Notes: generated by a model not told the origin, from the sequence alone. 64,000 bases of DNA from Patescibacteria group bacterium (GCA_041675205.1 JBAYUF010000001.1:148863-212862); one strand, 5' to 3'. Positions 36,890 through 47,990 are shown, numbered from the stretch's first letter. Translations and numbers: made by a program.

Positions 36890-37570
36890 ATGATTCGGGC
36901 AATAGAACTAACAAAAACATTTGGGGAAGGTGAACTTGAGGTGAAGGTTTTAAAAAAAATAACCTTAGAGATTGCCGATGGTGAATTCGTAGCCATCATT
37001 GGCCCGTCGGGTGCCGGTAAGTCGACGTTGATGTATCAGCTTTCACTCCTCGATGAGCCGACGTCGGGTCAAATATTCTTAGATGCTGTTGATACGTCTA
37101 CCTTGGACGTTGCTGAAAAAACGTCAGTGCGATTACGTTCGCTCGGGTACGTGTTTCAAGATTACGCCTTGCTGCCAGAGTTAACGGCTGCCGAAAATGT
37201 GGCCTTACCAATTCTTATGGCTGGCGTGCCTTTTGCCGAAGCAATGCAAAAAGGAGTTACCGCCTTAGAGCGAATTGGTTTAGCGGATAAGCAGCAGAAT
37301 TTACCAAGCCAACTTTCTGGTGGTCAACAACAGCGCGTTTCGATTGCTCGCGCCATCGCGCATAACCCTCACATTTTGTTTGCCGATGAACCAACAGCGA
37401 ACCTCGACACCGACAACGGGCACGTGGTGATGGAAGTTTTTCGCACCTTGCACGAAGCTGGTCAAACGATAATTATGGTGACGCACGAGGATGAGTATGC
37501 GCGTTACGCAGACCGCATTATCACCATGAAGGACGGCGTAATTGTTACGGACGAACGACGAAAGCGGTAA
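36890..37570 (+). CDS. ABC transporter ATP-binding protein (LolD/MacB-like)
   Basis: GPSGAGKST, LSGGQQQRV, ADEPTANLD, VTH. Confidence 0.93.
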   Translation: MIRAIELTKTFGEGELEVKVLKKITLEIADGEFVAIIGPSGAGKSTLMYQLSLLDEPTSGQIFLDAVDTSTLDVAEKTSVRLRSLGYVFQDYALLPELTAAENVALPILMAGVPFAEAMQKGVTALERIGLADKQQNLPSQLSGGQQQRVSIARAIAHNPHILFADEPTANLDTDNGHVVMEVFRTLHEAGQTIIMVTHEDEYARYADRIITMKDGVIVTDERRKR

Positions 37571-37574
37571 GCCT

Positions 37575-38342
37575 ATGCTGTCGACGACCGCACTGTTACT
37601 TCCTGCCTTCATTGCAGGTTTCATTACCTTCCTTGCACCTTGTACCTTGCCACTCGTTCCGGCGTACCTCGCGTTTATTGGTGGTGTTTCTTTTGGCGAC
37701 ATGGCAGATCCGCTGCGGGCGCCGTTCGTTCGGCGACGTATTTTTTTGAATGGGCTTTTTTACGTTATTGGTTTTAGCACTGTTTTTGTGCTGCTTGGCA
37801 CGTTGTTTGGTTTGGGTGGTGGGGCGCTCGTTCATTATCGAATACCACTGGCGCGCCTCGGTGGGGCGATGATTGTGCTCTTTGGTCTTGCAATCATGGG
37901 TGTGTTTGGTGGACGAATAATGCTTTTTGAACGGTCATGGCATCCGGCATTACCGGCGTGGCTACACCCAGGTACACCGCTTTCCTCGTTTGTATTCGGC
38001 GCAACATTCGCTTTTGGTTGGACGCCCTGCATTGGCCCTATTCTTGCTTCTATTTTGCTACTCGCCTCAAACGTTGGTTCGCTATGGGAGGGCGGTATGT
38101 TACTAGCCGTTTTCGCCGCTGGTCTTGGCGTGCCATTTCTTTTGGTTGCTCTCCTTTTTAGTTCCGTAACGCCGTGGTTGCGCTCGATTAGTAAGTTTAC
38201 CGCGATTGCTTCAAAAATAGCGGGAGGATTTTTGGTGCTGCTTGGTTTCCTTATTTTATTCAATAGTTTTTCAGAGTGGACTTCATTTCTTTTCCGCATT
38301 TTTGGCATGTTTAACTATAACCAAATTCTTCGCTATCTCTAG
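37575..38342 (+). CDS. ccdA: CcdA/DsbD-family transmembrane thiol-disulfide transporter
   Basis: FLAPCTLPLVPAY and FGWTPCIGPIL. Confidence 0.9.
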   Translation: MLSTTALLLPAFIAGFITFLAPCTLPLVPAYLAFIGGVSFGDMADPLRAPFVRRRIFLNGLFYVIGFSTVFVLLGTLFGLGGGALVHYRIPLARLGGAMIVLFGLAIMGVFGGRIMLFERSWHPALPAWLHPGTPLSSFVFGATFAFGWTPCIGPILASILLLASNVGSLWEGGMLLAVFAAGLGVPFLLVALLFSSVTPWLRSISKFTAIASKIAGGFLVLLGFLILFNSFSEWTSFLFRIFGMFNYNQILRYL

Positions 38343-38368
38343 CGTAAGCCCCCTGGTATACTCGCTTC

Positions 38369-38920
38369 ATGACTTCACCGCTTTCTATTCCTGTGCTCCT
38401 TGGCACTGTTCGCCAAGGTCGACAGAGTGAGCACATCGCACGATACTTGCACGCAAAGCTCGTTGCTCGTGGGGTGCGTACGACCTTCGTTGACCCACGC
38501 AACTTAACGCTACCCATGACTGACGAAGGTGAAGATTTGAAAGTGCATAACCCGGACTATGTGGCGACCATTACCACAGCGGATGCGCTACTACTCGTTG
38601 TGCCTGAGTACAATCGGGGGTATCCGGGAAGCCTCAAGCGGATGCTTGATATTTGCTATGATGAGTATAGAAATAAACCAGTTGGTTTAGTCGGCGTTTC
38701 TTCGGGCATCTATGGCGGCACCCGGGCGCTCGCGGCACTACTGCCGGTGTTAAAGATACTGGGGCTTATAGCCATGCGACGAGACCTCAATGTTGGGCCA
38801 GTGAGCACCATTTTTTCTGAAGTTGACGGTAAGTTACTTGAACCAGCATTTGAAAAACAAGCCGACCAGTTTCTTGATGAGTTATTAGCGTTTGCGAAAG
38901 CCTTACAAGTCCTCAAGTAA
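38369..38920 (+). CDS. NADPH-dependent FMN reductase family
   Basis: GTVRQGRQS, PEYNRGYPGSLK..D, G.YGG.RA. Confidence 0.9.
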   Translation: MTSPLSIPVLLGTVRQGRQSEHIARYLHAKLVARGVRTTFVDPRNLTLPMTDEGEDLKVHNPDYVATITTADALLLVVPEYNRGYPGSLKRMLDICYDEYRNKPVGLVGVSSGIYGGTRALAALLPVLKILGLIAMRRDLNVGPVSTIFSEVDGKLLEPAFEKQADQFLDELLAFAKALQVLK

Positions 38921-38928
38921 AAAAATAT

Positions 38929-39903
38929 ATGTCGATGGAACATGCCCTTCAAAATTTTCCTGAGCAGTTCAATTTTCAGCCAGTTGTTGTTGGTAGTGTG
39001 AATATGTCACAAATAAAACGCATTGTGGTTTGCGGCATGGGTGGTTCACACTTGGCGGCTGATGTACTTTCTGCTTGCTATCCCGAACGGCACATCATCA
39101 TACATAGCGACTACGGTTTGCCGTTTATCCGTGAAGATGAGGAAGCCGACACATTGATAATCGCCTCATCATATTCTGGAAATACCGAGGAAGTACTCGA
39201 TGCGTACGAATTAGCGAAGCGTCGTGGATTGCTACTAGCGGCTGTAGCAGTTGGTGGGGAACTTATCCGTCGCGCCACTGCGGACGGTGTCGCCCATGTG
39301 GTGTTACCAGACGTTGGCATACAGCCGCGGATTGGGCTTGGTTATAATTTACGAGGGTTGTTGGTGTTGCTTGGGGATGAAGCAGGGTTGGCCGAGACGG
39401 CCACACTTGCGACTATACTCGATGTAGCAGCGGCTCAGAAGCAGGGTGAAGCATTGGCGAAAATTATTCGCGGCAAAGTGCCGCTTATTTACGCCTCGAA
39501 TACCAACCGGGCGATCGCAAATATTTGGAAAATTAAATTTAATGAAAACGCAAAGATTCCGGCGTTCATGAATGTGTTGCCAGAGCTTAACCACAATGAA
39601 ATGACTGGCTTTGACGTGGCTCCTGCTGCTGTAAGTCTCAAAGAGCCATTTCATGTAGTTTTCCTCAGTGACAGTACAGATCATCCGAAAATAAAGCGGC
39701 GCATGGATGTTTGCAAAGCCCTTTATGATGAGCGTGGTGTAGGGACTAGTGTCGTGCCGATTGTGGGTGAGACTTTTTGGCAACGTACATTTTCAAACTT
39801 GCTCATTGCTGATTGGACGTCATGGCACTATGGTACGACGATTGGTGCCGAAACTGAGCAGGTCCCTATGGTAGAAACATTTAAGCGTCTTATTGAGTCG
39901 TAA
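38929..39903 (+). CDS. Bifunctional phosphoglucose/phosphomannose isomerase
   Basis: CGMGGS, SYSGNTEE, QPR, NENAK, PELNHNE. Confidence 0.92.
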   Translation: MSMEHALQNFPEQFNFQPVVVGSVNMSQIKRIVVCGMGGSHLAADVLSACYPERHIIIHSDYGLPFIREDEEADTLIIASSYSGNTEEVLDAYELAKRRGLLLAAVAVGGELIRRATADGVAHVVLPDVGIQPRIGLGYNLRGLLVLLGDEAGLAETATLATILDVAAAQKQGEALAKIIRGKVPLIYASNTNRAIANIWKIKFNENAKIPAFMNVLPELNHNEMTGFDVAPAAVSLKEPFHVVFLSDSTDHPKIKRRMDVCKALYDERGVGTSVVPIVGETFWQRTFSNLLIADWTSWHYGTTIGAETEQVPMVETFKRLIES

Positions 39904-40721
39904 TGTACCTAGTACTTGATATTGGCGGCACCAACATTCGTATCGCTGCAGCGAACGACACAACTGCGTTGCAAAAAATTGTTGTATTACCGACTCCTCA
40001 GGATTATAAAGAAGCTCTGCAAAAAATTTCCGAGGCAGCTAGGGCACTCGTTGGTGATAGCGTGATTGTGGCGGTGGCAGCCGGGGTGAGGGCATTGAAC
40101 CGTCACACTGGAACAATGCGGGTAAATAAGCACATACCGTTGTGGGACAACGAATCAATTTTGGATGGCTTGAAAGGAGTTTTTGGCGTCCCGGTGTATT
40201 TAGAAAATGACGCCGCAATGGCCGCGCTCGGTGAAGCGGTGTATGGCGCCGGCAAAGGTAAGCGCATTGTTGGCTACATTACCTTAAGCACCGGTTTAGG
40301 TGGGGCGCGTGTGACGAATGGTAAGCTCGATGAAACAGCCTCTGGTTTTGAGCCGGGGTATCAACTCATTACCAGTGGAGACACGGTTGTGCGATTATCG
40401 GAAATAATTTCTGGCGCGTCACTGGCGCGTCGTTATGGTATGCCGGCTAAAGATATTACTGACGTAGTGGTCTGGAATAGTGTGGCAGATGATTTTGCTC
40501 TTGGGTTAGTGAGTACAGTCGTGCATTGGTCGCCAAATATTTTGGTAATCGGTGGGGGTATTGGGTGCAGTGAAAAATTACCCTTCGAACGACTTGTGTC
40601 GCGCGTTGCTGTACTGCAGACAGCTTTTACAACGCCGGAAATTAAGCGGGCGGCCTTAGGCGACGAAGCCGGCTTATACGGTGCTTTGGCGCACCTTAAA
40701 GCGGTCGGCGTGGCAGTTTAG
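39903..40721 (+). CDS. ROK family sugar kinase
   Basis: DIGGT, LENDA..AALGE, TLSTGLGG. Confidence 0.9.
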   Translation: MYLVLDIGGTNIRIAAANDTTALQKIVVLPTPQDYKEALQKISEAARALVGDSVIVAVAAGVRALNRHTGTMRVNKHIPLWDNESILDGLKGVFGVPVYLENDAAMAALGEAVYGAGKGKRIVGYITLSTGLGGARVTNGKLDETASGFEPGYQLITSGDTVVRLSEIISGASLARRYGMPAKDITDVVVWNSVADDFALGLVSTVVHWSPNILVIGGGIGCSEKLPFERLVSRVAVLQTAFTTPEIKRAALGDEAGLYGALAHLKAVGVAV

Positions 40722-40766
40722 TAATTTTTAAAGACAAAAGGACATCTCGTCCGCTATAGTGTAGGT

Positions 40767-41582
40767 ATGACAACACAAAGAAAAACAGTTGGCCTGGCAC
40801 TGGGTAGTGGAGGCGTTCGCGGCATGGCGCACGTCGGCGTTATTCGGACATTTTTGAAACACGGCATACCAATGGATTTTTTCGCCGGCAGCTCGGTTGG
40901 CGCTTGGGTGGGTGCGCACTACGCGTTATATCAAGACATTGATCGGTTAATTGACGACACGGTTGGGAAGCGGAGAGAAAAAATGAAGGCTCTTTTTGAG
41001 CCGACACTGAAAGGCGGTTTAGTGAAAGGTAGAAAAGTAGAAAAACTGCTCACCTTATTTTTGGCAGACAGCGATTTTTCTGCACTGCGGGCGCCGCTGG
41101 CGGTGGTCGCCACCGATTTACGAACCGGTATGCCGGTGGTGTTTCGTGAGGGGAAATTAGCGCCAGCAGTTCGAGCCAGCATTGCTATCCCAACTTTTTT
41201 TCAGCCAGTGCTGTATGAAGGTCAACTGCTGGTGGATGGCGGTATATCTGACCCAGTGCCGAGCGACCTGGTGCGTAGCATGGGGGCGGACATTGTGGTG
41301 GCCATCAACTTAAACGTTTTACCACCACAAACTGATCGCTTGGCAAATGGTGATTTAAAATTGACGGGTGTCAGCACTCGGACGCTCGATATTATGCGTC
41401 ACTGGCTAGCTGAACAGGCGGTGAGAAATGCCGATGTGGTAATTGCGCCAAGTATTGTGTACGCCGGTTTAAAAACGTGGGGAAAGTATTTTACGAGTGA
41501 AGTGGGGCGACAAATTATGGAGCAAGGCGCTGACGCCGCTGAAGCGGCTGTGCCGGAAATTTTGCAATTACTCCGAGACTAA
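40767..41582 (+). CDS. Patatin-like phospholipase
   Basis: LGSGGVRG, GSSVG (GxSxG), DGG. Confidence 0.92.
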   Translation: MTTQRKTVGLALGSGGVRGMAHVGVIRTFLKHGIPMDFFAGSSVGAWVGAHYALYQDIDRLIDDTVGKRREKMKALFEPTLKGGLVKGRKVEKLLTLFLADSDFSALRAPLAVVATDLRTGMPVVFREGKLAPAVRASIAIPTFFQPVLYEGQLLVDGGISDPVPSDLVRSMGADIVVAINLNVLPPQTDRLANGDLKLTGVSTRTLDIMRHWLAEQAVRNADVVIAPSIVYAGLKTWGKYFTSEVGRQIMEQGADAAEAAVPEILQLLRD

Positions 41583-42604
41583 GATTTGTTCGTGTGTTCG
41601 AGTAGTATTTCTGCAAGGCCGTCGCGAAGCGAGATGGTGGGGGTGATGCCGAGCACTTGCTCGAGGCGGTCAATATTGGCCTGACTTTTCCGTGGTTCGG
41701 TAATGGCTGGGCCGAAGGTTGGCTCGACTGATGCACTGGTGAGTTCACGAAGCAGAGTAACAAAATCATTAACCGATATTGGTTTGCCAGTACCAACGTT
41801 AATAGGCATGTCGCACTTTTCGATTGGTGCGGTAAGTGCCGCTATATTGGCGGCAGCGACGTCGCGTACAAAAATAAAATCGCGCGTTTGATTGCCGTCG
41901 CCGTAAATAATAGGGGAGGTATTACTGTGCAGCAGTTCAATGAATTTTGGAATGAGACCAGCGTAGTCGCTCGATGCGTCCATTCGTGGGCCATAGACGT
42001 TGAAGTAGCGGAGGACGACGGTTTCTAGCCCATAGAGTTTTTGATACAACGTGCAGTAGAGTTCACCCACCCGTTTTTGGAGGGCATACGGAGAGAGTGG
42101 GTCAATGGCGGCTACTTCGGGTGTTGGTAAGGTGACGGGGCTGCCGTAGACTGCGGCACTGGAAGAAAAAATGAATCGTTTAACGTTGGCATTGCGGCAT
42201 GCTTCGAGCATGTGCAGCGTACCGCCGACGTTTATCTCGTTTGTTACTTCGGGGTGTTCAATAGATTCACGAACTCGTGGTATAGCCGCCAAGTGGAAGA
42301 CCGCGTCAAAGCGGTTTGGTGGGATAACTTTTGAAAGGTCAGACGTAATGCTTTGCTCGACAATCGTCAATTTTGAATTTTTTTTATGCTGCTCGAGGTT
42401 TTCTGGCTTACCAGAAGAAAAATCATCAAGCACTACCACCTCGGCACCAGTGCTGAGGAGCGCGTCGACAACGTGGCTACCAATAAACCCAGCACCGCCG
42501 GTAACGAGGTATCGGTGTTCGGGAGTTACTGCCGCAACCTTTTTTCGTCGTGGACGAGTACTTTTTGGGGCTATGGGGGTATTTTCTACGGCTGTTATTT
42601 CCAT
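41579..42604 (-). CDS. NAD-dependent epimerase/dehydratase (extended SDR)
   Basis: TGGAGFIGSH, SSAAVYG, YALQK (YxxxK), LRYFNVYGP, GDG.QTRDF. Confidence 0.93.
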   Translation of the reverse strand: MEITAVENTPIAPKSTRPRRKKVAAVTPEHRYLVTGGAGFIGSHVVDALLSTGAEVVVLDDFSSGKPENLEQHKKNSKLTIVEQSITSDLSKVIPPNRFDAVFHLAAIPRVRESIEHPEVTNEINVGGTLHMLEACRNANVKRFIFSSSAAVYGSPVTLPTPEVAAIDPLSPYALQKRVGELYCTLYQKLYGLETVVLRYFNVYGPRMDASSDYAGLIPKFIELLHSNTSPIIYGDGNQTRDFIFVRDVAAANIAALTAPIEKCDMPINVGTGKPISVNDFVTLLRELTSASVEPTFGPAITEPRKSQANIDRLEQVLGITPTISLRDGLAEILLEHTNKS

Positions 42605-42693
42605 ACATTGCTTAAAAAACCAGAAACATCGCAAGACAGCATTATACCATGTGGATTGACCCGTCAAGCGTAGACGGCTACGCTTCGCCTTAT

Positions 42694-43083
42694 ATGCCCC
42701 GCATTTCTCAAAAAATATTGTCAGACGTACGAGGATTCGTTATTCATGGCGCCCACACGGGTCGAACATTGGGTTATCCGACGGCCAACCTCAGTACACA
42801 CTACTTTCGGAATCACAACGTGCCGAAAGGTGTGTACGCTGGGTGGGCAACCATTGGTAATAAGACGTACATGGCGGCGGTTGTCATTGGAGTGGATGAG
42901 AAGCTGGAAGTTCACCTGATTGGTTTTCAATCTCAAATTTATGGCAGATGGCTTCGGGTGAAGCTAGTTGTTCGTTTACGAAATTTGACCCGTTTCACTA
43001 GTCGTCAGGCTTTGATTAACCAAATTGCCCGTGACGTTAAGGGTGCCAGACGACACCTTGCCACAAGCCGAGCCGCCAAGTAA
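42694..43083 (+). CDS. Stand-alone riboflavin kinase
   Basis: G.VIHG...GRTLGYPTAN, GVY, EVH, IYG; lacks the FAD-synthetase domain. Confidence 0.85.
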   Translation: MPRISQKILSDVRGFVIHGAHTGRTLGYPTANLSTHYFRNHNVPKGVYAGWATIGNKTYMAAVVIGVDEKLEVHLIGFQSQIYGRWLRVKLVVRLRNLTRFTSRQALINQIARDVKGARRHLATSRAAK

Positions 43084-43092
43084 ATTGCGAGT

Positions 43093-44940
43093 ATGACTCC
43101 AGTCGAAGAAATAAAATCGAGACTCGACATAGTGGACGTACTTTCGGAGTACATTCCTCTAAAGCCGGCTGGGGCAAATTGGCGGGGGCGTTGCCCGTTT
43201 CATGAAGAAAAGACGCCGTCATTCATGGTGAGTAAGCCGAAGCAGATTTGGCACTGTTTTGGCTGCGGCGAAGGGGGCGATATGTTCTCGTTCATTATGA
43301 AACTGGAAGGCTTGGAGTTTCCTGATGCCTTGCGACTCCTTGGTGTGAAAGCTGGCGTTGTTGTTAAGACAGAAGCGCCAGAACGCCGAACCGAACGCGA
43401 GCGGATTGGTCGGGTGATGGCGATGAGCGTTGCGTTTTGGCAGCAGCAACTGTGGGACGCAGCTGAAGCGCGAACAGCCCGTGAGTATTTGCAAAATGAG
43501 CGACATATTTTACCAAACACTATTCGTGAGTGGCACTTAGGATTTGCCGTAAACAGTTGGGACGCTTTGACAAGCTATCTAGCTTCGCAAGGAGTGAGCA
43601 AGGGAGATATGGTAAGCGCTGGCGTCGCTGTGCGAAAAGCGGCAGCGGCTGGTCGCAGCGTCTATGACCGCTTTCGTAATCGCATTATGTTCCCGCTCAT
43701 GAATGCTCATGGGCAAGTGGTTGGTGCCACCGGGAGAATTTTACCAGGCACAGAGGTAAGTGAAACTGGGGTGACCGAGGCAAAATACGTGAACACACCC
43801 GAAACCTTATTATATAAAAAAGGTGAGGTGCTCTATGGCTTGGATCAAGCGAAGCAAGCCATTCGGCAGCAGCAGGTGGCGGTTATCGTTGAGGGAAACG
43901 TGGACGTTGTAACATCGCATCAGGCCGGTATTCGGCATGTGATTGCGGCGTCGGGTACGGCACTAACCGCAGAACACGTGCGCCTGCTTAAGCGCTATAC
44001 GAATCGGGTGGCTTTTGCGTTTGATAGTGACGTGGCAGGGGAGTCGGCGAGCTTGCGAGGTGTAATTACGGCACTTGAGGGTGGACTAGACGTACTTCGG
44101 ATAGTGCTACCTAAACGAAGCGACGGCTCAGCATACAAAGATCCCGATGAGTGCATACGAGACAACCCGCAACTATGGGTTGCTGCAACAGCAGCGGCGC
44201 GCCCGTTCCTCGATGACCTCATGGAGCGAGCCACGACACTTCGTGATTTGCGGGATGTAAACGAAAAGCGAGCGGTGATTGCCGAGTTCATGGCGTTACT
44301 AAAACGTATACCTGATTCGGTCGTGGTGGCGCATTATCGTCAGGAGCTTGCTCAACGAGTCGGTGTTTCAGATGCCGAACTTACCGCCGAGCTGCGGCAA
44401 GCGAAGACCGTGCGAGACAGACCGCAGTTCGCTACTCATGCGCAACCAAAAGCAGCGGCTGATCCAAAACGGCGACTGTCGGAACGACTATTGGCCGGTA
44501 TTATTGCCGCACCAGAGCTGTCGAGCTATGCCTTTGACGTCCTGGCACCCGAGTATTTAGACGAAGTCGTGCAGACGCTGTACAAGGAGATGACCCTCTT
44601 CTATACTACGAATAGCAACCAGCCTATTATTTGGCTTGGACAATCATTTGCAAAATATCTTGCCGAGTTACAGGGTGGCGCCGCCCTCGCTGAGCAACTC
44701 GACGTTTTATCGCTCCTTTTCGATCACTCCATGGGCGACGGAGAGCCAGATGCAATTCGCCGCGATATAACCGAGGCGGTTCGTTTGTTGAAGCGTCATT
44801 TTTTACGCGAACGGTCTGAAGAGCTTGCTCGACGGATTGCCGCCTTAGAACGTCTGCCAGACAAAGATGAGCAGACGCTGAACGATTTACTTACTGAGTT
44901 TCAAAGAGTCAGCTCTTCTCTTACGCATCTAGAATCATAA
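43093..44940 (+). CDS. dnaG: DNA primase
   Basis: [16 protein letters not shown] Zn finger, [32 protein letters not shown]. Confidence 0.97.
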   Translation: MTPVEEIKSRLDIVDVLSEYIPLKPAGANWRGRCPFHEEKTPSFMVSKPKQIWHCFGCGEGGDMFSFIMKLEGLEFPDALRLLGVKAGVVVKTEAPERRTERERIGRVMAMSVAFWQQQLWDAAEARTAREYLQNERHILPNTIREWHLGFAVNSWDALTSYLASQGVSKGDMVSAGVAVRKAAAAGRSVYDRFRNRIMFPLMNAHGQVVGATGRILPGTEVSETGVTEAKYVNTPETLLYKKGEVLYGLDQAKQAIRQQQVAVIVEGNVDVVTSHQAGIRHVIAASGTALTAEHVRLLKRYTNRVAFAFDSDVAGESASLRGVITALEGGLDVLRIVLPKRSDGSAYKDPDECIRDNPQLWVAATAAARPFLDDLMERATTLRDLRDVNEKRAVIAEFMALLKRIPDSVVVAHYRQELAQRVGVSDAELTAELRQAKTVRDRPQFATHAQPKAAADPKRRLSERLLAGIIAAPELSSYAFDVLAPEYLDEVVQTLYKEMTLFYTTNSNQPIIWLGQSFAKYLAELQGGAALAEQLDVLSLLFDHSMGDGEPDAIRRDITEAVRLLKRHFLRERSEELARRIAALERLPDKDEQTLNDLLTEFQRVSSSLTHLES

Positions 44941-44942
44941 GC

Positions 44943-46199
44943 ATGACCAAGAAGATAGTGAAGAAGGTGAAGAAACCAATAAAGGCAGTTAAGAAATTGA
45001 AGAAGGTTGTTAAAAAGGCATCGCTGAAAGCGCCTAAGAAGCCTTTGAAGAAAATCGTTCAACCAAAAACTGCTGGCGTAAAAACGGCTGAACGAGCAGT
45101 TAAGGTGCAGGCAGATGAATTACGTATTCAGACACTGCTGACAAAAGGACGGTCACGAGGATTCGTGACCGAAACTGAAGTACTGTATACGTTTCCTGAG
45201 GTCGAAGAATATCTGGATCGTTATGAAGAATTTTTGGATACCCTGGAAGACATTGGTATTCAAAACATTAGCACCGGCACCGGCATTCTCGACATGCATA
45301 GTGCTGCCAAGAAGACTGAAATGGCGCAGCGCATGGGGTCGTCATCTGACAAGCGACGGTTGGATTTGACGGATATTTCCGCGGACTCAATTCAAATGTA
45401 TCTTCGTGAGATTGGTAAGGTGCCGCTCCTTCACGCTGAGGAAGAAATATCCCTCGCCAAGCGGAAAGAGCGGGGCGACGAGGAAGCGAAGAAGAAACTG
45501 ATTGAAGCAAACCTTCGATTGGTCGTTTCTATTGCGAAGAAGTTCACTGGTAAACGACTTTCACTTTTGGACCTCATTCAAGAAGGCAACATTGGTTTGT
45601 TTCGTGCCGTGGAGAAATTTGAGTACCGCAAAGGTTTTAAATTTTCAACGTACGCGACGTGGTGGATTCGCCAAGCCATTACCCGCGCTTTGGCTGATCA
45701 ATCTCGAACCATTCGTATTCCCGTGCACATGGTTGAGACAATTAATAAATTTCAGCAAATTGAACGGCAACTCATTCAAGACTTAGGTCGTGAGCCGTAC
45801 CCTGAAGAAATCGCGGCTGAAATGGGGGAGACGTTAGAGAAAATTCGGCACATCATGAAAATTTCTCAGGACACGATTTCACTAGAAACGTCTGTCGGCG
45901 AAGATGATGAAGATTCAACTTTGGAAGACTTCATTGAGGACGTGAAGAACGTTACGCCCGATAGGGCGGCGGCGCTGCAGCTATTGAAAGACTACGTGAA
46001 AAATATTATTCAAGAGCTGACGCCGCGAGAGCAGAAAATTTTAGAGATGCGGTTTGGTTTGGAAGACGGCGTAGCTCATACCCTGGAAGAAGTGGGGAGT
46101 GAGTTCGGTGTTACCAGAGAGCGTATTCGACAAATTGAGGCTAAAGCTTTGGAAAAAATTAAGAAGCACGAACTCATCGATCGGCTTAGAGATTACTAA
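44943..46199 (+). CDS. rpoD: RNA polymerase primary sigma factor
   Basis: [53 protein letters not shown]. Confidence 0.97.
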   Translation: MTKKIVKKVKKPIKAVKKLKKVVKKASLKAPKKPLKKIVQPKTAGVKTAERAVKVQADELRIQTLLTKGRSRGFVTETEVLYTFPEVEEYLDRYEEFLDTLEDIGIQNISTGTGILDMHSAAKKTEMAQRMGSSSDKRRLDLTDISADSIQMYLREIGKVPLLHAEEEISLAKRKERGDEEAKKKLIEANLRLVVSIAKKFTGKRLSLLDLIQEGNIGLFRAVEKFEYRKGFKFSTYATWWIRQAITRALADQSRTIRIPVHMVETINKFQQIERQLIQDLGREPYPEEIAAEMGETLEKIRHIMKISQDTISLETSVGEDDEDSTLEDFIEDVKNVTPDRAAALQLLKDYVKNIIQELTPREQKILEMRFGLEDGVAHTLEEVGSEFGVTRERIRQIEAKALEKIKKHELIDRLRDY

Positions 46200-46218
46200 C
46201 GAAAAGTATTTGAACGTG

Positions 46219-46253
46219 AAAACAGACAGGGGCCTCCGGGTCCTGTCTGTTTT
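46219..46253. terminator. Bidirectional terminator
   Basis: AAAACAGACAGG/CCTGTCTGTTTT. Confidence 0.8.
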
Positions 46254-47148
46254 ACTGCTCGTTTTCAAGTAGTATTTCTAGCGCTCGTTTCTGCCGGAGG
46301 ATGTTCTCCAGCCATGCTTCTGTGTACACGGCGTTTGCAGTTTGCAAGCAGCGCCAAAGCCGCTTGATTGTCTGGTTGACCATTTGACGAGAGACGCCGT
46401 GTTTCTTGCCGACTTCTTCCAAGGCTATTCCATCGTCATTCCAGATGCCGTGACGATCGATGAGGAACGAAGCATTTCGTTCTCGCAGTGCCTTGCGCCC
46501 CCTGGCGTCAGCACGGTAAACGTCGGCGACGAACTGCTCTAGTCGAAGCGTAACGTCGACAAGTTCACCTTTTGCCATTCGTATCGTTTCTGGCGCTGGT
46601 GCACCAGCAGCCATAACGTCGTGAAGTGTGCGACTTTCGCCATCCTCGGTCATTAGCGGTGCATCGAGCGATCGTCCACGTTTCGGAAGCACCGGCTCTG
46701 ATGCGGCATCAATAGCGGCACCAGTTACATCAGCGTGCTTCATAATTTCATCTCGTGTTGGTTTCCTCCCTAACGCAACTTCGAGAATCAACGTGGCTGC
46801 TTTGATGCGCTTGGACGCAGCGTAGAGATAGCTGGGGTAGTGAACAGCAGTATTTGCTGTAGCGTTGGCACTATTTAAGGCGCCGAGTATGTACCAACTA
46901 GCGTACCCTCGAAAATTTCCGCCTTTCCGTTCGTCGAAGCGTATGGTGGCTTCAACGAGGCTGCAGTATGCGATTTGCTCTCGCTCCTCAGCTGTCAGTT
47001 GGCGACCCATGTTCGTAATTCTGGCAGACCACCGTGCGAACCATAGGTTCCTTTCAACGAGCTCGTTTCGGGCGGCGAGATCACGATTTTCTCGCCATCG
47101 TCGCGCTAGCTCTCGTTCGAGTTCTGCGTCTTCACTTTTCGATTTCAC
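46252..47148 (-). CDS. Divergent sigma-70 family factor (regions 2-3-4)
   Basis: ARNELVERNL, RFD..KG..F..YASWYI, LGRKPT.DEI, SLDAP, LEEVG...GVSRQ.V.Q; GTG start with AGGAGG SD. Confidence 0.75.
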   Translation of the reverse strand: MKSKSEDAELERELARRWRENRDLAARNELVERNLWFARWSARITNMGRQLTAEEREQIAYCSLVEATIRFDERKGGNFRGYASWYILGALNSANATANTAVHYPSYLYAASKRIKAATLILEVALGRKPTRDEIMKHADVTGAAIDAASEPVLPKRGRSLDAPLMTEDGESRTLHDVMAAGAPAPETIRMAKGELVDVTLRLEQFVADVYRADARGRKALRERNASFLIDRHGIWNDDGIALEEVGKKHGVSRQMVNQTIKRLWRCLQTANAVYTEAWLENILRQKRALEILLENEQ

Positions 47149-47226
47149 TGTATCCTCCTGCACCCTATGTTTTGAACTGGGTGCGACGTCGCTACACTAC
47201 CGACAACAGCTGTATAACGTCAAGTT

Positions 47227-47637
47227 TTAAAGAAGCATTTTTAGCGCAAGGAGCGCGATAGCTGTGCAAATGCTGGCAGACAGTAAACACCACGTGCACC
47301 ATTCACGTAAAATGAAAGCCTGAATGGCAGTGAGATAGAGCGAGAAGCAAAAGGCAAATAGTGAAAGGATGAACGTTGCAGTGATGAGCAGCGTGCTTTC
47401 AAGGCCACTAATAATAGCCACTATATGTGCTACTGCGGTAAAGCCATAGTAGGCCATACCCAGGAACTCAAGTGGAATACCGAATAATTTTGAATATCGA
47501 CTGTGCACCACGGTCTCGCACTTGTGTTTCGTTATGGGGCAAAGCAGTGGTACTGGGCCATGTTTGTGCCGGTAGACATAAAGTGCAATGGCAAAGCCGG
47601 AGCTCGCGAGAAGAATTATGGCAAGATGAAATAACAT
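47227..47637 (-). CDS. Vitamin K epoxide reductase (VKOR) family protein
   Basis: Loop cysteines C..C..V..S.YS..FGIP and active-site WCTWC. Confidence 0.9.
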   Translation of the reverse strand: MLFHLAIILLASSGFAIALYVYRHKHGPVPLLCPITKHKCETVVHSRYSKLFGIPLEFLGMAYYGFTAVAHIVAIISGLESTLLITATFILSLFAFCFSLYLTAIQAFILREWCTWCLLSASICTAIALLALKMLL

Positions 47638-47688
47638 AGTTGCGCCATAGTAACGTATGCAGAAGAAACTGCCTAGTCATTCCATCGC

Positions 47689-47716
47689 TTGACATACCCC
47701 CAGGGGGGTATATAGT
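47689..47716 (+). promoter_or_regulatory. Promoter containing a CsoR-type operator
   Basis: TTGACA..TATAGT enclosing palindrome ATACCCCCAGGGGGGTAT (47694-47711). Confidence 0.85.
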
Positions 47717-47722
47717 GTCGGT

Positions 47723-47989
47723 ATGGAATCATCCAATACTAAAAAACTTGTTCGTCGGCTGAAGATAATTGAAGGTCAAATTCGTGGTCTGCAAACTATG
47801 GTTGCAGATGGCACGTATTGTATTGATGTAATTACGCAAACGTCTGCTGTGAAGCAGGCGTTGTCGAACGTAGAAGATATTTTGCTCGAAAATCATCTTG
47901 GATCTTGTGCCATAAAGCAGGTGCAGTCTGGGCAAGTGGAGAAAGCGAAGCGTGAAATACTTCGAGTTTATAAATTAAAACGACGCTAA
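47723..47989 (+). CDS. csoR: CsoR-family copper-sensing repressor
   Basis: [24 protein letters not shown] (C-H-C ligands). Confidence 0.92.
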   Translation: MESSNTKKLVRRLKIIEGQIRGLQTMVADGTYCIDVITQTSAVKQALSNVEDILLENHLGSCAIKQVQSGQVEKAKREILRVYKLKRR

Positions 47990-47990
47990 T

